DNA of 64,000 bases, taken from Lingula anatina (Eukaryota > Animalia > Brachiopoda). The notes beneath the pieces are model-generated. The model was not told where the DNA came from. It worked only from the letters and a program-made list of their open reading frames with translations, and did not search any database. Both the position numbers and the translations under genes were made by a program. The stretch spans positions 1,178,001-1,242,000 of the forward strand of contig CM120647.1 in assembly GCA_051362555.1 (NCBI GenBank), given 5' to 3'. Positions 51,080 through 64,000 of this stretch are shown here, piece by piece (within the stretch, counting starts at the first letter, position 1; the number at the start of each line of letters is the position of its first letter).

Positions 51080-52015
51080 CTGCTTTACAAAGTTGATTTT
51101 TAGTGAAGACGTCACTACTTGACTGGAACTGCAACCCAACAACCGTCCGCGGACACCTGACCTACACTCACTTCTCTTAATTACGTCACACGATTTTTTC
51201 TTTACATGTTATTTGACTGGCTGGGGATCGGTGGTGCTCCGTCTCTTCTCCTCTTCCTCTTCACCGGAACACCGCTTTCTCATCCTCTTCTTCCTTGCAA
51301 GAACATCTTCTCTCAAGATCTTCTCCGGACTTCAATTCCGTGGTAAATGGAGTCGTTTGCCCTGCAATGTGCGGTAGACCGTGTCCCGGGTCACTCAGAA
51401 GCTGTAACTTACCGCAATATGTAGTACCTACTATGGATATTACACTCATGAGAGCCCTTGGAACCCAATGGAGCAGTGTAACCGTCGACTCAATGGCTCA
51501 ATAACTCAATGGCATGGACTTTACCTGTATTGTCGCGGCTGAGCGAATGGCATTTGCCCCACTTTTTACATTACATTGTACTTTATATGTCAACTCCATG
51601 ACAATTGGTGTGAGATAGATAGATCAGCACAAAGAAAGAAAAATTTGCTTAACTTCACAATATACAACACGATAAAAACATTTGACGTGTCAACCGCGGA
51701 GCAACATTTTGAAAGCGGTTCGGTTTTAGGTCGTTAATAATTAATGCATGTAAGCGCACTGTACCGTAAGTTCAAGAATCTTCTGCCGCGACGGGCGTAT
51801 TTTCCTTTTTCTTTAAAACCAGGTTTGTTCGTCAGGTTAACCGCTAACTGCAGTGAAATCTGCGTGCACCTCGTCACTTGGACACTGCTCGGCACTGTAG
51901 TGCAACTCCTGCGTGGTCTTCTATTCAAGCGATGTCTACTTCTCTCGCGCCTCTGCTAAAACGCAGCATAAAAACGACGGTGAAAAGTGTCACAATATAC
52001 GCGAAACATCTCTAT

Positions 52016-52296
52016 GACTGCGTTTCCATTAACTCATCGTACTAGCTGGGCCGATCTAACTCCGTGGGGCTTTTCGCTTAAGTGCTTTCAGTGTAGTCAG
52101 CTTAATTGCCTGGCAATCGCCCCTTCAGTAACTGGGGGGGGGGGGGGGGGGGGTAATTGACAGTTGTTAATTACCCCCTAGCAGCTTGAGCAGGCGACCC
52201 AGACATTTCACCCGCTTACATTGGATGCAAATTAGCTAGAATCCCCATGGAGATAGATCGAACCTGCTACTACAATAGTGTTATGGGAATGGTCCC
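52016..52296. mobile_element. Harbinger-type MITE, divergent family C
   Basis: GACTGCGTTTCC...GGGAATGGTCCC; GATCTAACTCC, TTAATTACCCCC and GGAGATAGATCG blocks; expanded poly-G. Confidence 0.65.
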
Positions 52297-52758
52297 CATG
52301 AGTATCGTTACTTTGTCCTTGCCATGCTATAGATCAACACAGTACTGCTGCATTATTAAAGAGCACGACGTACACAAGTTGTGATTAATGTACCTTACAA
52401 TGACCCTCACCCATTGTAAGAGGACATCCGTATATAGGTTAATAAAGCGACCTCATAAACAAGTTCCGGATATCATGGCGAAGGGGCGGGGGGGGGGGGA
52501 GTTATTGGGGTATTGGGGGGGTATGTCTAAACAGAGCAGTGACAAAATACTGGGTTACCCTAATTTAGGACATTTCCCACTTTCATTTAGCCCTGTCCTG
52601 TTATAACAACATAAATTGTTGATAGACTTGTCGTGTCAGACTTCCAGCTCACTCAAATCCGGTCCCTTATTCTCCATGAGTCAACCTGTGTATTCTGAGC
52701 GAGTAGAAAACGTGTGTATCTTAGCCTTTGAAATGACCGGCCCCTAACCTAATACTAA

Positions 52759-52973
52759 GACCCCATTTCCAGAGATTAGATCGATCTACTTTAGATCGAC
52801 CTAACTCCCTGGGGGTTCACGCTAAATAGCTGTCAGCCGGGCGGACACGAAAGTTAATTACCCCCTTACAGCTTGTAGTGGGCGGGACGGACATTTAAGC
52901 CGGATTATCTGACAGTAATCTAGTGAGACTCCCCACGGGGATAGATCGATCTAAAAGCTCTGGGAATACAGCC
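52759..52973. mobile_element. Harbinger-type MITE, family C
   Basis: TAA|GACCCCATTTCC...GGGAATACAGCC|TAA; close to 27087-27311. Confidence 0.85.
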
Positions 52974-53259
52974 TAACACTCTGAAGAGTCATCGAGTCGT
53001 TTTTTGCAGCGAACGGTACCTTTACTGGTATGTTTTGAGACACTGACAGCTTGACACCCTGTGTCGTGATGACAAGTCTCAAAGAATGGGTGACGCGGCT
53101 TTAACGCAAATCATATGCAAAAAAAAAAGCCTCAAGTTGGCATGGCATAAGTCCCCACCTTACCTAATTAACAGAAACACCACAGAAGTCTTCCACTGAC
53201 GTCACTCGCCTCTGTACCGTACATGGACTTTGGCAGTATCTGGGGTGTAAGGATCTCTA

Positions 53260-53277
53260 CAGCACCCCCTGGTGGCG
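53260..53277 (-). promoter_or_regulatory. Candidate CTCF site
   Basis: The minus strand reads CGCCACCAGGGGGTGCTG, close to the CTCF core CCACCAGGGGGCGC. Confidence 0.4.
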
Positions 53278-53559
53278 TAACTACACTGCGGTGAAGTGCA
53301 CTGAGTGCAAAAACCGCTGCACAATAAAGCCAATGTTATATTGTTTAATACCCCACGAAACTGTGGCCCATTTCATTCTAGGTGACACGGAGCGAGATTT
53401 GGTGACACTGATTTGCTGATTTGACACCTCACACTTTAAAAGTTAGTGTTAAGTTGAAGGATGGTGAAATGAGGTAACCTTTAACGCATTATACAAACAT
53501 GCTATAAAGATACCCTTAACATTAATTTTGAGTGGATAAATTGTATACGGAATGACCTT

Positions 53560-54078
53560 GAATTAATGGGTCTGTCATTTACTTTTTATGAAAACATGTC
53601 GGATGTTTGTATACTGTCTTTGATAGAACAAAGATCGAAGGATCATTTTAGACAAGTAATGACGGGAGAAATATTCACAGCCAGTAAAGGGCTTCTGTAT
53701 CAACACCTTGTTGATAATTTCACAGTGCAATTTTACTTGAATAAGCCAATTTCACAGAAAAATAAGGAATTTATCGCAAAATTTAGGCTTTCATCACATA
53801 ATCTAGCTGTAGAGACTGGCCGATACACAGACACAAATAAGAAATTAAGAATCTGTAAGTTATGCAATTTAAACGATGTAGAGGATGAATTTTATTTTAT
53901 TCTTAAATGCCCTCACTACAACACTATTAGGCAGAAGCATATTAAGAAATTTTATTATACAAAGCCAAGTGTCTTTAAATTAATTAAATTACTATCAATT
54001 AACAATGTATCACAATTAAACAATTTGGGAAAATACCTGAAATGTGCATCGGAACTTAGATTAATGTCAATCTGATGA

Positions 54079-54129
<51 letters not shown>

Positions 54130-54237
54130 TGTATCAGTAGTAGTTGTTGTAGTCATGGTAGTTGATTAGATATAACTTTATATTGTCACTGTTTTATATT
54201 CTGATGAGCCGTAGGGCTTAAAGGTTCAATAAATTGA
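53560..54237 (+). mobile_element. 5'-truncated non-LTR retrotransposon (RTEX/CR1-like): ORF2 C-terminus plus 3'UTR
   Basis: ORF 53566-54075 contains KFRLSSHNLAVETGRY...RICKLC...VEDEFYFILKCPHY..IR, the typical post-RT zinc-binding segment (usual His read as Tyr). It is followed by (ATT)n, a GAGCC..GGCTT hairpin and AATAAA at ~54228. Confidence 0.85.
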
Positions 54238-54609
54238 TACGTGGTTTAATCACAGCGAAGGAAATAAATGAAATCGTGACTTTGAATGAGTCACACGGCC
54301 TTTATTAACTTGTTGCTCTCTACTCGCTCCAAGGGGTTCGAGGATCGGTTACTGTAGGTGATATGACACGTGTAGCCACCTGTCTCTCCCTCTGACCTTA
54401 TTAAACTCGCGTTCTAAATAAAATCACAGGCACCCGGATGTGGACGCTTGACTGTGGACTCCTTGCGACTGTCAGTTTTGGGCGTCACGGTGGAATGTGG
54501 CTATAGCCCTAAATAAACACGCACAGCGCTCATCATGTCAGCTCAACTAACTTAAAAGAGGCGGCTATTGCAATCAAGCTTCTAAACTTATTGAAACTTT
54601 GTATGTTTT

Positions 54610-54785
54610 CAGACCCGTAGCCAGGGGGGGTTTGGGGGGGGGGGTTTCGAAAGAACCGCCCCTTTTGCAGGGAAAAGGTCCACTCATTTGATCTAGGTAC
54701 ATGAAGTTTTTATGGGAAAAGGTCCACTTTTTCAGAAAAAGAACTACGGGCCAGGTTTTCAGGGCCTCGGACCACGCCCTCTTTC
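54610..54785. mobile_element. Possible hAT-type MITE remnant
   Basis: CAGACCCGTAGCCAGGGGGG start, G-tracts and a repeated GGAAAAGGTCCACT; no TSD resolved. Confidence 0.35.
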
Positions 54786-54886
54786 CGTCTGTTATTGTTG
54801 CACCCAGCCCCCCCTCCTCAACCCCCCCCCTCAACCCCACCGCCAAAACGTATAAAAGATGGTGCAATAATAAGAGGTGATATTTT

Positions 54887-55102
54887 GGGACCATTCAGAT
54901 CGAGAAGAGCCGAGTGCTAGCTAGGCCGCGACCTAAATATGGCGGACCTACATAAAAGGAAGACCGCTAATCCTGTAATGGGTCTCTCCGCCTCTCACAC
55001 GCCCCCCCCCCTCCCCCCCCACCCCAAGCGTTGTCCCTCGACCGGTTGAATTGAGCTGAGATTTAATTACTGTGCCCCTGCAGGGACGACGCGTGGGGAC
55101 GC
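54887..55102. mobile_element. Truncated family A MITE
   Basis: GGGACCATTCAGATCGAGAAGAGCCGAGTGCTAG... matches 42719-42900; the spacer is in the opposite orientation and the second arm is lost. Confidence 0.8.
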
Positions 55103-56855
55103 ACTCTGTGGGCAGCAAGTATAAAGCGAAGGTGGTCCACGCGGCAGGTGTTGGGCGGTGCCATGAGTACTGCCACAGATACCGTCTACCCGCTGGGCCA
55201 GTGTGACCTTGTTACCCATCATACAACCTAAACTGACCTCAGTGAACTTGGCTTAACAATTGAATGAATGAGTGAATTAATGGATTTAAAAAACGAATGG
55301 AATGATCTGAAGACGCGTTTGGACAGGGAATCAAAAGTGTCGTCATCCAGCGAGCCAACACTCGGAGGTGTTCAGACGTGGCAGTCTTCAGACCGGAGCC
55401 CAGTGGTCCGAAAGAACACAAGTTAGCCTTCAACTTCGGACCTGGAATACTGTTCCAGCTGGGACTGACATAATTCTATATCACGGTGAAGTCAATTGTC
55501 CGGTATATTCCCTAAAAGATCCATGCATTGTGTTGACAACAGTAGGCCTGATTCTCGGTTGTAAGATGTCCCTGTCTTAACTAACGCATGTCAGCCAGTT
55601 TCACAAAAAAAAAAGGAATTGTCCAGCAAATTGATTTTTATCAAAGGATGTGCACCGACAGAACATTTATTTGTAGGATTAAGAAATAAATAACAGGTTT
55701 TGTTTATTGACCTATCACCGCTCTTTCACTGCGTCTAAAGACATTTTGTATTTATCTAGAATCTAAAGGAATTGCACGTTCTCAGTATGGGTGAACGGTC
55801 CGCCCTGTGGTCATACTTGTCGTGATATTCAGTGTCGGGGTTATAGCACGGGGCGTGGTGCACAAAAGAAACCTGACTCTAATTACAAATAAAAATATGT
55901 CTATTTTAGTTTATTACAAAGCCATGACATTTCACTCTTACAAAGTCATAATTGTTTTGTAACAATAGCTATAATTTTCGTGATATATAGCTTAAGGCAA
56001 ACACTTGTTAACTGCACTTCTTTGTGGTCAGAGAAAAACACACATTATTTGACCAAAAATAAAAAAGTAAGACTAATTTTTGGGGCGTAAGTTACCAGCG
56101 ACAGCTCGAAATGTGCACACACTACAAGGTCAACTGACTTACCTTTCAGACCTTAGCCTTGGCTAGGTGTCTAAGCTTCTACGGCACACATTAGGTCAAT
56201 GAATCAGTTGTTTTTAACTCCTTTCACAAAATTCACAATTTTTTACTTGAAACAAGCAAGTCTGATTTGAGTCCTTACAATGCGTGAACTATTTGCAGTC
56301 TTAAGAGAGCGTGGCCTTAGAAAAACCACCCACACGGGAAAACTTGACTGCTTGTTGGCCCGCGACCCGTACCTCCCAGTGTTCTGCTGGCCTCAAGAAC
56401 CCCAACGTTTAACTCGGTCCTCTCACGAGAAATCTGTAACATTCAGACTTCTATAAAAACCAAGCTAAAAAGAGTTCAGTTTACACTGTTAAACAATACC
56501 GGTCACGTGACATGCATAGAAATCAACAGTGTTTCTCCTGACGTCTTTGTTAAGTTTGTTTTCTTAACTTAAGGAGACTTAAACGACACTCTAGGCACAT
56601 TATTCAATACATTTCATTTCGTTTACGGTAAAGGTGCATTTACAAAATGAAAAAAAAGCTTTTGGCCAATTGTGCCTTAGCTACGCATGTGTAATTGTCA
56701 AATAATGTGTTTTCCCGTCTGTATGCTGGTATTTGTTCTCTACAGTTGGCATTTGTAAAAACTGTATAAGATTATAATAGAAATGCCCATGTTGAAATTT
56801 CTTTGCGAAAGCGTGTCACAGAAGGAATTGGGCGGCGGCGTCGTCCAAGCATCAC

Positions 56856-57066
<211 letters not shown>

Positions 57067-57442
57067 AATATCAAACGGTGCTCAATTTTTTTCAAGTAAG
57101 GCCGTCATACAGAACTCTGTGCTATCGACCATGGAGAGATTAGGATACGAGCCTTATTAAATAGCATGTGAAGGAAATTCCTTGTGATTTATCTGTCCTA
57201 AAATCATCGCAAAGATGAAACAGTCTAGTTTTTTTAAATAGTGGTTTCATAAAATTGACATAGAAATAAATTCCGATTTTATTATACAGTACATTTAATT
57301 AAATCTCCAGGTAAAATAATAAGGAGAGGAAAGAATGAGCATGATTGACGAATTGTTGTCAGATGTAGAAATGCAGCTATTGTTTTTTTAAACAAACTAG
57401 CACTCACTACAGTCGAATGTGTTTGTTTATGGGGGGGGGGGG

Positions 57443-57584
57443 GGGGCGTAGCAATAGTCCGAAGGTTCAATAGTCCGAATATTCACTATAGAACCTTCGG
57501 ACCAATGAACCCTTGATTAAAAAATCGATGAAAATGTTACCACTGAATGTTACCAATGAACCTTCGGACTATCGAGACGCCCCC
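57443..57584. mobile_element. Small TIR element with subterminal ATAGTCCGAAGGTTC repeats, unclassified
   Basis: GGGGCGT..AATAGTCCGAAGGTTCA...TGAACCTTCGGACTAT..ACGCCCC. Confidence 0.65.
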
Positions 57585-57668
57585 TAGTACACTAACTCGT
57601 TCATTCATTCATTAAGCTTCTAAGTCCCCTGCAGGCAATGCCCAAATGCTTGATCATAAGATTATTAA

Positions 57669-57993
57669 AGGGATAACAACTGTTCGTATGATATCCATAT
57701 TTCACAATAAATACATTGTAAACAACTCAAAGAAATACAGCGAATTCTATTTTACCACCAAAACGCAATTATTCAGGAATGTGTGCTTGCCATCTCATCA
57801 TGTGACCTCCATAGATGGCTACACTCTGTAATAATCTCTTAAGAGAACATTACTAAAAACCAAACTCTTTAGAAAAAAAAGGTTCTAACTTTGAATGTTG
57901 GAATGAATTCATTAACCATTGGTAAGTGTGGGGAAATTGTCCTTAACCCCAGGAAAATTCATTTTTTGGCCAAAATAAACTGTTGTTATCCCT
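57669..57993. mobile_element. Kolobok-type non-autonomous DNA transposon, second copy
   Basis: TTAA|AGGGATAACAAC...GTTGTTATCCCT|TTAA; internal GTGACCTCCAT.GATGGCTA.ACTCTGTAAT shared with 26083-26426. Confidence 0.85.
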
Positions 57994-60900
57994 TTAAGGG
58001 AAATTAAAGGAACACTAAATATGAGTTACCAAATTTCTATACTCGGCAAATAAATCTTCTTTTAAAAACATTAAAAATTAGAATGAATATCCAAATTAAA
58101 CGCCATGCCAGTAATTATGACGTCAAACGCTGTGCCACACCTTACAAACCTTCCTTAATAACCATGATGTGATTTACTTCAAACATCCTTATTCATATCA
58201 CGTATATATATTTTTTCATTTTCTCATTACGTTTATTCTTGCTTGCTCTTTTTTTTTATTCTAGCTTGTCAGCATACTATCATGTTGAATGCTCCTCTAT
58301 CTTTTTACAAGTTGAAATTAAGGCGATAATTCCGTAATTATTCGATGACATTCATATAATGCACTTTGAGCTTCAAATTTACTATTAATTCTGAAACCTT
58401 TTGTTGAGTAAGTCAAAATTATCAAAATACCAAGTTCTGTTATCGCATCAGGTCGGAGACAGGGTCAAACGGTTTTCTCCGAAACAAATGTCAAAGAGTG
58501 TTGGTTTCTGTTCTGCCTCATGTTTTTTTAATAGCATATACCAGTCACGAGAATAAGGACAACCAGATTGGAGAAACAATATAAGAGGCTTTGTGTCTCA
58601 TACAGCAATAATCCAATGGAGAAGTATCTGACGACACCCTTGGTGATGATAACATAAAATACCCCACGGTAAAAAATGAAGCAAGTTACGTAATCCAGGG
58701 TTCAACGACTGCTGTGACTGTTAAACCATAGATACTTTTCTTGTCACTATAGAAGATTTACAAAAAAAAAAAAAAAAAAAAAAATGCTCACTTATCCAAT
58801 CACGACAGTAATTCACCCAAATCTAATTTCACATGCAATTTAGGACAACAGGTTTAGAGGTGTGGAACAGCTGTCTGGCATCTAAATTGTCACGCAATCA
58901 GGTAAGAAAGAAAGACGAGGACAAATGTTGTCAAGATCCAAACAAGTTAATAGCGTTGAGTCATATCATGTTGCAATTGTAGATATTATGTTATACCTCG
59001 GGGATATCCATTATTATAGAATTAGAGACACTTACAGCACCCAAAATCACCTACATGTATGACTTAATAGGCTTTCTTTCACAGGGAGATCCAAGCAAAA
59101 TGCTGAAACGCTTTCTTATTTGCACAGTATTTTATTGCCTGGCATTTTAAAAACACCAATCACACAGCCATTTTTTCGTGTTTATAATGACACTTTTTTA
59201 TTTTCGATCTCCACCCTGCACGACCTTGGTAAAAAAATAGTTACTTGCCATCGCTGTGCTTTGGTATTAAATCTAAATTAATAATTTCAGCTTTGTATTT
59301 TATTTGTAAAGTCTACAGAACATATTTCATGAATAATAGACTCGCCTATGATCTCTGTATCATTTCCCAGACATTTTTGAAGCTACAGGTCATTTTAATT
59401 TCCTTAATGGATTGCTTACTGCTGCTGCGATAATAGAGAAAATGAAATTTGGATATTACAGAGACGACACTGATCTAATTAACTAATTTCCTGAGTACGC
59501 TCCTATTAGCGTTAGTCAAGTATTAATGCTGTTCAGGCGTTACACCGCACTCAACCTTTCGTAACGCCATATTTTTGTCCTTACATCCTTATTCAAATTG
59601 TTTAATACAAAGTGTTTTCTGTGTTTTTGACTTAAGCACCGCCGCCAAGCAAGATGTGGCAATTGACTTGTTCTCCAATCAATGGCTGTTCAATTTCAGT
59701 GCATCATCGAAGATGGAATTGATCTTTGGTTCAGAAAAAAAAAATGAACGCAAACTGCAGTATCTAAACGCTGATCGGATATTATACAGGAAAAGCGCCT
59801 TGTGTTTCTAACCTATGATTCAACATAACGTCTATATGGAAATGAAAGTGTTGTTTTCATTTCTCTCCTGGGTAAATGATATTTTAATCAATGTATCGTG
59901 TGTTTTTTTTCTTGACTCCTAATCCTGGTGTAATAAGTACTGATGTCTCAAAGTCTCCATATAACAATATTAAGTATAGTCTAAGGTTATGTCATTCAAA
60001 CAAGACCCTGACATTAGATATATCAAAGGTGAATGAAGGACAAAAATAATGCGTAAAAGTAAACACGAGCTTTGTGTTAATAGGAGAACTTTACTGCGTC
60101 TGTCTGTTTTAGTAATTATCAACCGGCATTGCGACAGAGAAGCTCATAGCAATGCGTTCTCCGCTGTTGACGCAACACTTAAGCACACACAGCGATCGAT
60201 CGCAGAGAAAATTTACTACATTATCGAAAATTCCGGTCACTTCATCAGTCAACTCAACATGCCAAATACGCTTGGTCGGCCATAGAGGGTGGATTTTTCA
60301 TAGAGATCATTAATTGGACGTCCCCAAGACGCTCTCTTCCCGGACATTAACCGCCGCGTAGTGTTGTCCGACGATAAACGCCGGTATCAGTATGAAAAAC
60401 CACAGGCGTGTGGTACTCGAGGAAGAGCAAGGTTAATATATACGAAACTGTCGCGAGGTGAAGAGCGTATCTTTTCTGGATACCAGCACAGCGCTTTTAA
60501 AGAGGTGAGTGCCTAAATATCCCATCTGGTGCTAGATTAATTAGTTCTTAAGAAAGGATGTTCTTGTAGTTTGCAGATGGCGGTTAATGTTAGCGTCAAA
60601 GTTATTCTACACATTATTGTGAACCGTTCAAATTGACTTTCATCTTAATTAATAATTGAACTCCGGTGAATTAATTTTCATCAACAAAATAACTAATCTA
60701 AGGGCTCCGAAATGACCCCAGATCCGAGTCAGTTTTCCTTTTCGCGTACACAGAGAAGCATAACAGAACAACCTCACATCTTCACTGGTTCTTTATCCCG
60801 TACAAAATGACGGCTTTCTACACGTCGTCTACAGGGAATCTGTATTTACGTGCCACAGTGTCTCCAATGGATTTACATGCTAATTGTTGTGCAATGCTAA

Positions 60901-61630
60901 CAGGCTAGAGTTTCTGAAACTTATCAGATTTTAGCATCCATCTGTGTCAGGTATACCTTCACAGCGAATGCTAATTATTTGTGCAAAACATACCTATAAA
61001 AATGATGATAAATATTAATGCGAAACAGAAGCAAATAAGATGACACTTAATTGGATGAGGGTAGGACTCTACATTATGTCACTTACTTTATATCAGTTAA
61101 TATCACTTTGTATTGTACATTTCCTTCATAAAGTCCTTAAAATTCTACTGCTCTGTTGAGATCTTTTTGATTGTATAAAATATACATTAAGACAGAATAT
61201 TTATAGTTAATAGCTTCTGCTTATCTATTTCGCTGACACAACTTGGTTTGTAAATTTCGGTTATAACTAATTTCACAGAGGTTTTAGAATTGAAATTCAA
61301 CTCTCAAGTTGATTACAAAGTTGACATATTGGGCAAACTATAGAAAATGCTGTTGTCAGATAAGCTGTTCGAATCATACGCTGGCAGAGGGGGGAGCTAT
61401 CGAAAAAGCAATTCTATTAATCACATCTGAGCAAAATAATCAATACAGAATGGTCTTCCCTGAGATACTAGATAGACATGGATGCTTTTTCCTCATTAAT
61501 TTACAACCCCGAGAGATTAAACAATGAATCCAGTTTAAACGGAAATTGCTTGTTTTGATCAACACTCAAAGTCATATATGTTGATAAATGTTACGGCACC
61601 ATGTTAGTGAGGGCGGTTTGCGTCACATGG

Positions 61631-61722
61631 TATACATAGCACGGGCCCAGACCGTCATTTGATATACCTAGCACGGGCCCAGCCCGTCATTTGATATACC
61701 TAGCACGGGCCCAGACCGTCAT
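61631..61722. repeat. 32-bp minisatellite x~3
   Basis: TAGCACGGGCCCAGACCGTCATTTGATATACC at 61637, 61669 and 61701. Confidence 0.92.
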
Positions 61723-62519
61723 ATTAACAGAGCACCATTTCGTTTTTTTTTTTTTTTTACATCTTCATTGTGGCTATATCATAATCGCAACCCGCACAGC
61801 AAAAAGAGCAGATTATTTTATTAAGAAGGCAAACTTTGAACCTAAGATCTAATAACCGGATGTATTAGATCTTAGTAAACGGTATATTAGATCTTAGTTT
61901 GAAATTAACTTTTCCTTCCCTCAGAGCAGTAATGACCTAATGGACCTTCGCTTGGAGGGATTTTCACTTCACACGCAGAAAGAAACATAACATATAACCT
62001 CACATCTTCAATTGCAAATCTCTTTACTGTGCATAGTATTCACATTTTATTCACTTTATTAAGTAAAATCCATATGCGAGCCACACTGGCTTCAAATGAT
62101 TTACGTACATATTGTAGTGCAACATTAACAGGGGTGGGTTTCCACTTATCACATCTAAATTATACAACTATGTCAGGCAAAAAAAAAAAAAAAAATGAGT
62201 ATGTAACAAAATATTTTCATAGACAGGAGAAAATTGATGTTGACAAAATATAATTACACAATATAGAATTGAGGAAGGTTTCTACACGCTTCCCCTACTA
62301 ATATAATATCTTTTATCTCTTTAAATCCATCATGAAAAAACGAAAAGTCATGATATGGTACATACAATATATTACATTTTCTGTTCAACGCATCTAAATA
62401 GTAATGCCGTAAATTTTATCTAGGTCTGTGATCCTTATTCTTTATGCATAAATCTTACGAATAAAATTTACTTGGGAATAAAATCGTAATAATTGTTCGG
62501 GTTAGATACACACACACAA

Positions 62520-62562
<43 letters not shown>

Positions 62563-64000
62563 TCTCAGGTAACAAGCAGATCTATTGAAGAATAACAAAT
62601 AATATTTCATCTTATTTCTGTATCCACACATATTTAGGCCTTATCAGTAAAAGTATTTTCTCTACAATTTTTTTCTGTAAATTTACTCCGGCCCTTCGAC
62701 TTTTCCACCTGAAAATAAAGAGAAAAAATAATAATAACATATACCAAATCACAAAAGTAATCAATGTCTCAATGTTTCTTGATCAGGATGGCTAGCTGCT
62801 AAACCTTTAAGGTTATTTAAATTTTTTAGAATCGGTACAATACTCAATCCTATCAAAATTTAACTCAACATTAGAATAACCTTATCGTATATTTAAATAA
62901 AATATATAAAAAAGAATATTTCTGCAATCTCTTATCATTTTTATAAAGGCATTATTACACCGAGCTTAAAATAAAGTCGTGTTACTAAATTTCTCGGTTG
63001 CAGATCAGTTTTTGCTCCTTTCTTGTTGATAGATTTACAAAGCAAAAAGAAATAATAAATACAAAGAAGATGAATGGAGCGTAGAGTCTCCGCGTTTTTA
63101 TTATGTATACTTAAAACATTAAAAAGGTCAAATTACCCTGCTCCACTGATACAAAAAAAACAACAACTTTTTCTTCTTCTTCTTTTACAATCCCGCATTT
63201 ACAAATATGGCAGAGCAAATATACCCTACTTTAGATACGATGTTTTTATTAATCTATTTCTGAAGTGGTTGTTATGGACATTTATCTCGCAGTTGTATCA
63301 GATGAAGTATTAAAGCAATATTAATGTGACAAACAGTGGAATAAATGTTTTAAGACATGAAAAGTATATTAACGTCTCGCCAGACGGTTATCCAGTTATC
63401 TATCTGTTCCTTATACTGAAATCTACATATATATGAAAAACATGTTCCATTTATTATATTACTTTTATAACATACCAAAATTCATTCATTTTATTCATCA
63501 TAGGGTTCATAGAGTTCAAAATCTGTAAGCTTGAACAAGATTTGTTTGTTATAAATTTGTGCATGGTATTGGGGACTTTGCGCCATATGCATGTATATAT
63601 AGATTGAAATGCATTTGCATTCTACTTCAAGTGCAAAAAGGAAATGCAGCTTAGACGAACGCACGACAAGTGAACTATATCAAGAAAAAGCAAAGAGGTT
63701 GGCTGCTGACGTCATTAAAACATGGGCTGTATGGGTGATACATCATGGGGATGGATAATCCTCGTATTTGCTGTTGCCATGAGAACGACCATACACGGTA
63801 TGCTGACGTCATACGGAGAGTTTCTTGCTACGTTCAGCAACGTGTTTCAGGAACCAAATATGGCTTTCTTTGGTAGGTAAAGAGTTTTTACATCTTTAAA
63901 GTATGATTTAAAAATGATACTCTCCAGTGATGATGTCCAGGCGCATAAAAAAATAACGGAGCCGGCGATTAGGGTTATCTTTACAAATAGCATGGAGCAT

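Noticed and set aside
51240-51530. Minus-strand ORF MSVISIVG... with a GTAAGT donor and a purine-rich stretch
   Set aside because: The phase-1 donor does not fit the ZnT acceptors and I recognise no homology.
55100-55250. Weak similarity to 22005-22100 (GGGCAGCA...GCAGGTG), possibly an old SINE core
   Set aside because: Too short and diverged to call by eye; it would need an HMM search.
56137-56200. Consensus minus-strand donor GAAAG|GTAAGT
   Set aside because: Isolated site with no supporting start or acceptor; at most a possible distal 5'UTR exon.
61631-61722. 32-bp repeats of CRISPR-like length
   Set aside because: Head-to-tail with no unique spacers, no cas genes and a eukaryotic context; this is a minisatellite.

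Overview
AT-rich eukaryotic (metazoan) genomic DNA, probably from a marine invertebrate such as a lophotrochozoan; that taxon is inferred from repeat types and gene sequences only. Two spliced minus-strand transporter genes can be rebuilt by hand with GT-AG introns and consistent phases. The first is an SLC35F3/F4-like EamA/DMT transporter (1091-7641), probably with a 16-nt first coding exon at 15262-15277 behind an RFX X-box. The second is a ZnT2/3/8-like (SLC30A, CDF) zinc transporter (18074-33236, possibly extending to 40424) with a very long His-rich loop and two possible N-termini. The rest is intronic or intergenic and dense in short non-autonomous DNA transposons: PIF/Harbinger-type MITEs with 3-bp TSDs, Kolobok-type elements with TTAA TSDs, one foldback with a 9-bp TSD, and a CCGG-ended family without a TSD. 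There is also a 5'-truncated LINE 3' end, mini/microsatellites and a templated-insertion scar. I found no rRNA, tRNA, CRISPR or prokaryote-like system. Most ORFs in the supplied track are spurious.
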